From contig JBNZDD010013670.1 of assembly GCA_050575255.1 (NCBI GenBank), positions 1,890,562-1,954,561 on the forward strand: 64,000 nt of DNA, in the 5' to 3' direction. The DNA comes from Harriotta raleighana. Lineage: Eukaryota. Shown one piece after another: positions 1 through 10,123 of the stretch. The notes beneath the pieces are model-generated. The model did no database searches. It was not told the origin of the DNA and was given only the letters and a program-made list of their open reading frames with translations. The translations under genes were made by a program, and so were the position numbers. Within the stretch, counting starts at the first letter, position 1; every line of letters begins with the position of its first letter.

Positions 1-220
1 GTTGTAGAGTGGTGTGATTGATATATTTGGTAAAAGAATGTGGCGGCTGATTTGCGCAGAGCAATATCCCACAAATAACCATGGAGTGAATGATCAATTT
101 TATTAAGCGACATTAGCAAGATTCCAGGAGAAACTCCCTTTTCCTTTTGTTGTCATGCCATGGGTTATTTAATGTTCTCATAACCAGGCAAATGAGAGCT
201 TAGTTTCACATTTCAAGCAA
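1..220 (-). mobile_element. Decayed Deu-domain SINE fragment (SacSINE1/AmnSINE-like)
   Basis: Reverse complement matches the SINE body repeated through the window (ccaggagaaactccct...gccatggg...tttaatgt); compare 22192-22650. Confidence 0.6.
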
Positions 221-232
221 TGGGTGGATATA

Positions 233-955
233 CAGTTAACCCTCATTGAAGGCGACTTTATCGATTGCGAATTCAAGTATACGCGATGAAACAAAAGCAT
301 CACTTTTTGTGCAGCGCGTGTAAAACTTGTCTATATGCGCCAGCTGGTCCCCACGCACATGCGCACGGGTGAAGCCGCCGATAGCTCCCGACTAAATACG
401 ATGATTCATCGGCTGACTGGTCCCACGCTCATGCGCATTTTTGACGAGGCCAGCAGATCTCGACTAAAGTCAAAGCTCCACACGCAATGCATTCTGGGTA
501 AATAGACTAACGCTTCGGCCCAAGAGAATCTTATTGCTTTTTATTTTATTCCATTTTTTTTATTGTTTTACTACTTTGTTATCGCTTTATTATAGCAATA
601 AAGCGATAACAAAGCCGCTGTAATCTTTCTGTGTCCCCCGCCCTCTGCCCTCCCGAGTCGCTGCCCCGCACCTCTCCGAGTCCCCCCGCAAATCCGATTG
701 GCTCTCTCCCCCGCACCTCCTCGAGGCAGCAACAAGAGCGTGGAGAGGCGGGCGGAGCGAGGAGCGGGCCAGCCAGCTGTAGCATGCCAGAGTAGATACC
801 TTGCATCGAATGTGCTGGAGGCTTGAGGTAGGTAGCCTGTGACTGGATTCTCCCAATCCCCCTTTTCCCATTACTTATTAAGCTTCTCCAACGCGATTGC
901 GTTGAGTGCGCAGTTTTCCAGGAACGTAACCCCCGAGATCGACGAGAGTTAACTG
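233..955. mobile_element. Non-autonomous Tc1/mariner (Tigger/pogo-like) MITE, family A, copy 1
   Basis: TA|CAGTTAACCCTCATTGA at the left end and TCGACGAGAGTTAACTG|TA at the right end give TIRs plus a TA TSD. Colinear with the copy at 38061-39105. Confidence 0.9.
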
Positions 956-1661
956 TACTGTACATTTTGAAACCTTATGAACACTGACAGGTTGTTTTCC
1001 TGACAGGTACTTCCTCAACTTGAATGTAACCTGATTCATGTGAGTGTATGAGGAAATACGTTTTCTCTTCTGAAACAAATTCTTGTGGGATTTAGGGCTA
1101 AAAATGTCATGGTATTTGCTGGAATTTCTATATGTTACTATTAAAAGCTCCATTGCCTTGGGACTGCCTGGTTAATCTAATTTAAAGTCAAAACAATACC
1201 AAAGGGGTCAAATTTTTGATTCATCATTAGCAGAATTTGAAATACTTTTTAACAAAATGTTATCCCAAATATTTTTAAGTACAGTCACATTTGTTTATCT
1301 GTAATATTTTCTGCTTCATTTTCCTGTCCACTTGATGTGTCAGAATCAATCAGTAGGTGGATCGTAAAGTTACCATTCCATCTGTTCCTGCAACTGTGTT
1401 TAAGCACAGCTGTTTCTTCCTTAGTTTGGCAGCAAATGTTAAAGAACAGCAAGAACAACTTGCATTTATATAGTGCTCTTCATACAGGGTATGTTGAAAT
1501 GCAATCTTAAATTGCAGGGATTAGGCCCGGTCAGTGGGCTGGAGACCCTGGAACACTGGTTGTAATTTAATATTTAACACGCCACAGGTATTGCTGTAAT
1601 CTTGTGCTGGTGTGTCCATCATGAAAGATGATGACTGTAAGTATTTAATTCATGAGAAGTC

Positions 1662-1900
1662 TTGCATATTGCCATGCCCTGTGGTACGGCTATAGATACA
1701 GTCATGACATGTGAGTATCTCCACCTGAAGATCTCAGTGTTTGCAAATCTGCTCTCAGGTCAACCCATTCTGAAGCCACCCAGAGCTAGAGTAGGCCCCC
1801 ACCTGCACTACAAAGACCATCTGGTGGGCATAAATACTGGAAGGATGAAAGATCAGCACAAGTGTGACTCCTTCAAGTGGAGAGTGTATTCCATTGTAAT
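1662..1900 (+). mobile_element. Ancient RTE-clade LINE, C-terminal fragment
   Basis: Translation ...LLSGQP...RARVGPHLHYKDHL.GIN...D.FKWR resembles the RTE ORF C-terminal pattern (L.GEL..G.R.RG.P.LRYKD..K...GI....W...A.DR..WR). Confidence 0.5.
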
Positions 1901-1925
1901 TCTTTGATGATACCTTTTGTTTTGT

Positions 1926-1992
1926 GGAGTCCTGTAGCGCAGTAGTTAGAGCTCTCGCCTTACAAGTGTGAGACCCGTGTTTTGAATCCAAT
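1926..1992 (+). mobile_element. tRNA(Val-TAC)-derived SINE head
   Basis: ggagtcctgtagcgcagtagttagagc...ccttacaagtgtgagacc...ttgaatcc has degenerate A and B boxes and matches the SINE heads at 50222 and 58906. Confidence 0.75.
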
Positions 1993-2694
1993 CACCAATT
2001 TCATTTCCCACCCCTGCTCCATTTCATCTGGCTCACCCCGCTCACTCCATAACCCATGTTATCTTTATTTGTCAGATAGGCGCTCAGCAGCCAGAATGTT
2101 GGAGCACCCTGATCTCGGCTGATAATCATACCTCAATGGGCAGCCTTTGTGGCTCAAAGAAACTCACTGCAGAATTATAATGTTGTTATTGGGGTTCAAT
2201 TTATCTTTACACTTCCTAAATATTTCAGTACAATCTCCCCTGAGTAGACTGACTCACCTTCCTTTCTCTTTCCGACACCTTGAACATTTTATTTCTCTTT
2301 TATCGTTTTTTCCCATGGTTGAAATACCATTTTTCTTTTGTGTCCTATATCTGCCTCCAAAGGGACATGGTGTACCTAACTTTCTCCTTCTTACAGAAAG
2401 GTTAATTGCTCAGTAGCTTAAAATACTTTGAGGTTAATGTTTCTCTGAAATGACAAGCTGTGCCAAGACTAGAGACCAACTTGGATGGACTATATGCTTT
2501 CCACATCACAGATTTAAATTGAACATCTAGGAAACAGGGTAGACTAGAGTATACACATTATTTGGAAGTTTTGTACAATATTGTATAATTATTGTTGTAC
2601 ATTTACATATGCAACAACAAACATTCATATTCACATCATTTTACCTCCAAAATACACCGTCAGTCTTTACTGTAAATATACTTTAGAGTAAAAA

Positions 2695-3275
2695 ATAATA
2701 ATAATTACATTTGGTTTTGTGCCTTTCATGTTAGGAGGATGTCCACAGTGCTTCATAAAATATACTACAAAGTGGAGCGACTATGCGTTTTGGGAGGGAA
2801 ACCAGGCCACCAATTTACCCAAAGTAGTAACCCATAGACAGCTATGAATTGAATGACCACTTTTTTGATATCGAGGATTGTTGGTCACAACAATGGGACA
2901 AACTCCCTTCTTTTTTCAAACATTGTAAAATCTCAATAATCTGGCATGGTTGCGCCCACCCACCGCCTGGATTTGGGAATTAACCTATACTAAAAATAGC
3001 CAGGGAAGCTCTGTCCCACATGTGTGCTGTAAACTGAAATCAAAAAAATGCTTGCTCTCCGCCCACAGCGCCAGATGACAGAGCTGCCACCCTGGGAACT
3101 ATAAGCAGCTGTTCCAAAGTTCGGGTGATTTGCTGGACATCGGAAAAAATCTAATCCTGTAATGATACTGTATTTTTAATTCTTACCATCTTTAAGACAT
3201 TTCAGAATGTCGGATTATGGAGGTTTTACTGTAGTGCCATGGGAACCTGAATGTCCACCTGAACAATCGTCTCCC
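2695..3275 (-). mobile_element. Deu-domain SINE interrupted by a MITE
   Basis: (AAT)n tail at ~2695. Body ...aaactcccttc...ttcaaa breaks at the MITE and resumes with tagtgccatgggaacctgaatgtccacctgaac. Confidence 0.7.
2923..3231. mobile_element. Tigger-like MITE, family B, copy 1
   Basis: Right end CGGATTATGGAGGTTTTACTG|TA; decayed left TIR gtaaaatctcaataatctgg. Interior aligns with 49040-49371. Confidence 0.8.
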
Positions 3276-3849
3276 AGGTATCAAATGTGTAGAGCAGCCA
3301 GACCAGCTAGGTTGGTCTATGGTTTTGATACAGCTTGTTATTTCAGCAAAACATTAAGCTCAAAGTATTTTAGCACATTCCACCCAATTTAGTCCTAACC
3401 CAATGCATTGCATTGGCGTATCAATTTAGACGAGGAGTTTCAAACCATGATGTGCCAATTACTAGCTGAGCCAGCCTAATACAAATCCTGTGAAGCATTT
3501 TGCGAAGTCCTGCCAATGTGATTGGTGCTATGACACATGTAGGGATTGCTCATTTGCTACTTTACAACTTTCCAATCTGATTTGCTGAAGAGGTAGAATT
3601 ATTACTTAGCATTATTTCCAATAAATCATTATTGGTTTTAAAGGCACTGAAAGTGCAAGGTTCTTAAAATGTAATTATCTAAATATCTGATGGTGTGGAT
3701 TCTCCACTGGTCAAAACATTTGCTGACCTTGGTGGTGAGGATTTACAATAGGATTTTCAGATAATAAGATGGATAATAAGGTCACCCAGGTAAGGCTGTC
3801 AATTTTACCAATCAGTGAAAAATCATTTGCAATAATTTGTTGTTGTATA

Positions 3850-4358
3850 GGCATTGGCTCAGTTTGTAGCACTCTCACCTCTGAGGCAGAACGTTGTGGG
3901 TTCATGTTCCACATCAGAACTTGGAGCCCAGAGTTTAGATTGACACAACATTTATTGTATTGGAGGAGCACTGCATTGTCAGAAGTGTTGTCCTTTGCAT
4001 GAATGTTAAAACAACAACAATAAAAATTACACTTTATAGTGCCTTTCACGGTCTTGAGATGGTCTTGAAGGAGGCAAGTATTCCCATCTTCTTGCTAAAG
4101 TGTACTTTGAAGCTACATCAGCCCAATTCAAAAAGTGAAGGGAATTTCTCCTGGTGTCCTGATCAACAAGCATATCATTTTTTTAAAACGTTATTCACTC
4201 CAGGAATGGCTGCTTGTGGATCACGTTGCTGTGCATATATAGACTGCTGCATTTGCTTCCGGAAACAGAATTCCTACACTTTACAGAAAATTCCGCAAAG
4301 CGCTTTGAGATGTTTTGACATGTTAGGGTGCTATTTCAAATGCAAAGATTATTTTACT
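3850..4358 (+). mobile_element. Deu-domain SINE containing an inverted L2 3' tail (~4010-4075)
   Basis: tRNA-like head ggctcagtttgtagcactctcacctctgag, core cactgcattgtcagaagtg, tail ctatttcaaatgcaaagattatt. Confidence 0.65.
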
Positions 4359-5439
4359 ATTGTACTAAGGTACGGAAGATAAAGCAACGTACAGTTGAAG
4401 TGGGGACTGAGGCAGCATAAATTGTGCTGAATCCATTCCCCTGACACCACCTGGAGGAGGTAGTTTTAGGAACAGTGCAATTCATATCCACACAGTGTGA
4501 AAGCAGCATTGTATGGGGTCTCACTCCCCCAGGGGCAATCACAGCTCTCTTTCAACAAACCATTTTTCAATCTGCGATCAGCTCTTTAATGGCATTATAA
4601 AGAAAATCCCAGATTTTATTATTTGTGTAACTGACAAGTTATGTAAGCACACAGGATAAAAAAAGGTGTTTAGTTTATTCCATCAGAATTTAAGACAATT
4701 AGATTTAGACTTCCCGTTCCACATCAGTGTATTGAAGTGAAGCAGCATCAAATGAACAAGAATGATTTGGTACTTATTCTTGAGTCATACTCTGAAAATG
4801 CTACTTTTCTTGAAAGTGGGTGTTTCATTAAGCTTATTGCTTAGATACAAACTGGCACTGGCTTAAAATATTAATTCATCAATACAATTTATATCAGAGG
4901 AAATTTTATTTTTCACCAAATTTTGAATGAATAATAGAACTTATACAATACAAGTGACAGGCACATAGTACCTGTACCTTGCTTATTGAGAGCAGATCCC
5001 AAAGTACGTTCACAATGCTAGATGGGACTTTTGAATAAAAGCTGTTTGATCATCTTAAGAGAAGTCAACTTTGTTTCAGATGTATCTTGACACTTGGTGT
5101 CTCACAGCAGCTCACAGGAAACATATTACTATCAATGTCTTGATCATCCTTAAAATACAATGCAATATCAAATTAAAGTGCCTTCTACATCAGGCAGACG
5201 TCCCAAGATGCTGAACATCAGGGATTAGGATTTAAATGGCGGGAGGTGTTGGGATCAGTATACTGAGACACATTTAAGACAATTCTGTAATATCAAAGAT
5301 GACTAACACTCATAAAATTACACCCTAACCATTTCCTTAAAGAGATCATAGTCCAAGAATACAATTGCCCTCTAGCTTTCATATTTTGTATTTGTTGGAT
5401 TTCCATTGTGAATTCCATCCAGAAAGTTAGCTTTCATCC

Positions 5440-5572
5440 AAGATTTGTTGTCTGACAGGCAGTGATCCTGAAGTCAAAGGTGAAGGCAGAGAGATAGAGT
5501 TGGGTATCATCCACATACACATGAAAGTTGACACCATGTCTGTGGATGATGTCACGAAGATGGAGAATGTTA
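5440..5572 (-). mobile_element. L2 LINE reverse transcriptase fragment
   Basis: Minus strand reads ...DIIHRHGVNFHVYVDDTQLYLS, the YADD-region motif also seen at 11.0 kb. Confidence 0.8.
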
Positions 5573-5839
5573 GTTGATTGATGATAAAATATTTGTCTGC
5601 TTGTTCAAATTTCTATAAAAACGCCCATAGCTCTATTGAGAAAAAGAGAGTTTCTCAAAGTGTTGTGATCAGTAATCATTTAGATCAGTGGTGGCCAACT
5701 TGTGTTCCGTAAGTGGCCTGCAGGCTGTCAAAAAGCAGTCTCCCACCCTTCCCGAATACTGGGCCTGGTTCCCGCCTTTTTGAATATCGTCCAGGCGGGC
5801 GACGAGGACAGGGAGCGGTTGCTGGACTGTTGTTAATTG

Positions 5840-6445
5840 TTGTTGTTGTTGCTTTTGATGTGTTTATTGTTTTTTGGGGGTTTATTTATTGTTGTTGATA
5901 TTGTTGTTTGTTGTTTAATCCCCCCATCCCTGACCTTTCCCCTCCCTTTTCTTCTTCTTCCCTCCCGCCTTTTCCCCCCTTCCCTTCCTCTTCTCTCTCA
6001 CCCTCTTCTTCCCTCTTACCCCGCTTATCCCCATTTCTGCCTGATTTTGCCCCCATCCACCTTTCCCTCTCCCTTCCCCTTGCCCCTTTTCTCCCTCCCC
6101 ATTTTCCTCCTCTTTGCCCCACCCCGTCTTTCCATCCATCTCTCCCCTTAACTTCTTTTCCCCCTTTCTCCCTCAGCCACAATTCGACGGCTGTTTGTGG
6201 GACACTGCTGTGCGTACTTTGGCTGCCGCGTTTCACCCAAAAATATACAGTCGTTTTTTCTTGCTCTCCTTCCACCTACCCTGACCCCTCCCCTTGCCAT
6301 CTTCTCTCTTTTCTCCCCTAACCCCACTTCCATGACTGTTTGTGGGACACTGCTGTGCGCAATTTGGCTGCCAAGTTTCGCCCACAAATATACAGTCAAG
6401 TTTTTCCTACTTTTCTTCCCCCAATCCCTCCCCCCCCACTCTGAT
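5840..6445 (+). mobile_element. Composite element: polypyrimidine tracts with two tandem SINE core units
   Basis: ctgtttgtgggacactgctgtgcg...aaatatacagtc occurs at ~6191-6252 and ~6336-6397, separated by a pyrimidine spacer. Aligns with 26200-26530 (-). The left boundary is uncertain. Confidence 0.65.
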
Positions 6446-7309
6446 TCCTATTTGTCTGTCAATAAATGCATAATATGTAGATATAATAGGATTCCATTAC
6501 CCCCTTCATTGCAGTTTTGAGTATTTTAAAAATAACTATTTCATTGTGGCTGCGGGCGTGCTACAGAAGTGAATACAGATATATGTAAATTAGATGGAAA
6601 TATGACTGAAAGTGCTCTGCACCGTAGGCCATTTTAGATTCGAGCCAAGAAAGAATAGCTTCCAGGATTGTTGTGAAACATGGTTCCTCCTCACTTTAGC
6701 CCTCGAGAAAAAAAATGAGAAATTTAAAAGTCGTGATTTTGTTTACAAAATATGAAAACTGGAGGGCAATTTTGTTCTTGGTCTAAAATCTCTATAAGGA
6801 AATGGTTAGGGGGTAATTTTATGAGTGTTAGTCATTTTTGACATTACAAAATTGGCTTAAAAGTGTGCTTGTATATTGTTCACAGCATGTCACATTGTTT
6901 CAAATTCATTTAATTTGAATTTGAAGCAGCCAGGGATTAACACCTCACTCTCCAATACTTAATTCAGCACACATTTCACTCAAGATTTATGATATGGTTG
7001 CGGAATATCCTATGAACAACGGGTGTTCAAGCTGTTCTAGTAGATGTGCCATCAAATATACTAAATTAATTTTAGTAGCATGAGCAAATAAAATAATTGA
7101 ACAACATTGTACTGTATTTCCATTCTGTTCTCAGTGGTTGCATTGATTTTTAAAACACAACAATAATTTAACAAAATCTTAAATTATATTTTCCCGAGTG
7201 ATTAATCAGTTTGTAGCACACTTTGAGCTCACAAGTTAGGCAGGCAGTCCAATGTAGTGCTGGGGGAGTGTGACATTGTTATTCATGTCATGGCTGTTGT
7301 GAGACTCTG

Positions 7310-7595
7310 TTTAAGAGGGTTCTAGCTGAGGGCGTTCTGCCACTCTAACCCCCACCCTCTGGAACTCCAGTCCACAGTCCTTCCACCTCGACCCCTTCCT
7401 TGCTTCCATCAATTCACATCTCAAGATCTTCCTCTTCGACCATACATTCAGTCACCCTCCATTCACCCCACCTCGCTCTCCACCCTCCCTAATACTGACC
7501 CCCCAGCTAGGGTCCAAAACATTGATTATCCAGCACAGTGGGACATTCTCCCGACATGAAAGACACTATATAAAGATCATTTTGTTGTTGTTGTA
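7310..7595 (+). mobile_element. L2 LINE 3' fragment
   Basis: ctctggaactcc...ctcaagatcttcctcttcgacc...gggacattctcccgacatgaaagacactatataa followed by a (GTT)n tail. Confidence 0.75.
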
Positions 7596-10123
7596 ATAGA
7601 AGGTATTGACTTTTATAATCCACTCATGGAAAGATTATACAACATCAATGGTACAAAGAGTATAGAAGAATTATTTTTAATATCTTGGCTCCTTCTTGCT
7701 GGGAAAATAACTTCCCACGGCCAGCGACTTGGGAGTCCACCTGATGCGAAAGGCACTATGCAAATATAATTCATTGTTGTTGACGTCACCTATTTGCTGA
7801 TTCTCTGTGTTTTATTCTGTTAAACAACAGATAGGAATTGTAGAAGTAAATACCTATAAATTGTAAATACCCTTTTAAAGCTTCCAAACTCCTGCTTAGA
7901 GTTCTACTCATTCATAAAGTAATCTGCAACAACAACTACATATTCATATTACATATTCATATTGTGTAAGATGAGCTTTCATACATTTAGAGTTGTGATT
8001 TTCATTTCACAGTTAGAGTACGGGAGATTTCTTCACAGTGTCGGATATAATAACTTCAGTGTATATGTTCTAATATCCCTACACACCATTTCCATCTTCT
8101 TCTGTCTTTAAGCTGTTAACAGTGATGAAATTTATTGACCAGAAAGAACATGTAGCTGACCTTTCTAATAGAACACTCGACATTCACTTGTAAATGTCAT
8201 ATAGCATTATAGTTTCTAACAGGGAGGCCTCTTAGAATTGCTTTAGCTGGCACGGAGAATTAAATATAATCATGTTGAAAATTAATTAATAACATCAACA
8301 GTTGGAGGAATGTCATTTACTGTGTGGTTCACAGAAGTTCATTTGAATGCATAACACAACAGTTTGAAACAGCCAAAGATAAACAGTTATTGAATGATAC
8401 AAATTGATGCAATGGTAACAAGGTACTAATTGATAAATTGACAAGCTTTCATTTGCATTCCCAAATGTTGATTTAATTTGATGTAGTTTTGGCATTTGCG
8501 ATGACGAGATGGAAGAGGCTAATATTGATTTGTTGCCATGAAGTGCACCATATTTAACCTCACATGTAAGTCATGAACAGTTGCTTTATTGGGCCTGAAT
8601 TTTCTGTGTGTGAATGAGGATAGCGATGAGAATGCGTCACCACTTCATAATTAGCGTAAATAAACACGAGGTGTGCATTGCAGATCAAAGCATCTGGAAA
8701 GAAAAATGGATCAATGTTTCACACAAATCTCAAATCCATTTTTTCCTTTACTGACACTGATTGACCTGTTGCGGATTTGTAGCAATTCTAGTTTCATTTT
8801 AGATTCCCAGATTCACCGTTTCTGTTTCTTTCTTGCGCAGTGTGTAATTGTGTTGGCCGCTGTTGAATGAGGAAAACGTATAAAATTGCGTTTTAGTGTA
8901 ACTTGTTAAAGATAAGTTTCATAAATAAAAACATTCATGCCAGAGGATTTGATGTTTTTTATAATGCAGAGCCATATTTGATATATAATAAAACTGAGTA
9001 TCAATCAAGCCTATTTTAACTGGGCAGAGTGCTTCTGGCCACACCAGTTTTGGACAGTAATCAGCAACTCAAATGTAATTTCATTCCAATTTCTGCCACT
9101 GGCCCAGGCTAATTGTATTATCCGCTGCTGATGAATGTGTTTTGAGCAGCACCAGTGCTGTGATATAATAGCCAAACATCAAAATCTCGGTTATTTTGAA
9201 GATTTTATTTGGTGAACTTCCAAAGCAACTTTTACTGCAGTCTTATTAATGTTGGAGTTTTCATGAGATCAATTCTTCTGTGCCATAATATTGATTGCTT
9301 GGAGACATCTGTTCTTTAGGGATTTACTAAATATGAAGCAACAGCATACACGAACCAGGCTTTTCCCTTTGTATCTTTCTTCTTCATCTTCCGAATACTA
9401 ACTTCACAATGGATAAATTCCTGCTGTTAATACTAAGTGATTAACTAAATGCTGACCAGTTGCATTAACCACATACTTCACCAAATAGGGCTTTGATATG
9501 TGCACAGTGAAGGCATCATCATCAAAGTACAGTAAAGTACTGTATTATGTTAATCTGAAGAGAATTTTGTACTTTTTGTACTTCCACTATTTGCTTCACA
9601 AGCTACCTTCAAATAACAATAAGCAAAGTAAGAAAATCAGTGTTTCATTGTGAAAGAATGCAAAACGTTCGTCCAACGTGAAATTGCTCTACAAATGCAA
9701 TTTTGTTGTTATTGTCACACACTATTAGGTTGAAACACTCCAGAATCATGCAGTAACATAGGCAGAAAGAATAAAACTTCTATTCTGCCCCCAACACAGA
9801 GTATTGATTTTAGTTCTCTTATGGAACTCTTATACCATTGTTATAGTCATTTATGTAGCTTTACTTCACATAATTTACCAAAGATTGGCCTTAAATTATA
9901 AATTGACTGTATCATTCACCTTAATGCTGTGACTTTTCTTTTCTGAACTGTGTTGAGGCTTCTCAAACTCTCCATTGCACTGCTGGGGGAACACTGCATT
10001 GTCAGAAGTGTGTCTTTCACATGAAACATGAAGCCAAAGTCCCACCTATCTGTTCAGGTGATCATTAAAAGTTCCAATCTTTGGTTTGGAAAATTATGAG
10101 CAACAATTCCTGAGGTGAAATGT

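Noticed and set aside
5686-5702. hAT-like TIR CAGTGGTGGCCAAC
   Set aside because: I found no partner inverted end or 8-bp TSD.
6190-6400. Repeat-spacer-repeat pattern as a CRISPR-like array
   Set aside because: Only two units, each a dispersed SINE core. The context is eukaryotic and there are no cas genes.
5837-6520. Cluster of overlapping 70-137 aa ORFs
   Set aside because: They arise from polypyrimidine/polypurine low complexity, as do the ORFs at 38.4-39.1 kb and 54.2-54.7 kb.
8591-8900. Harbinger-like start gggcctgaattttc with CpG-richer sequence
   Set aside because: No matching right TIR, so I cannot support it as an element.
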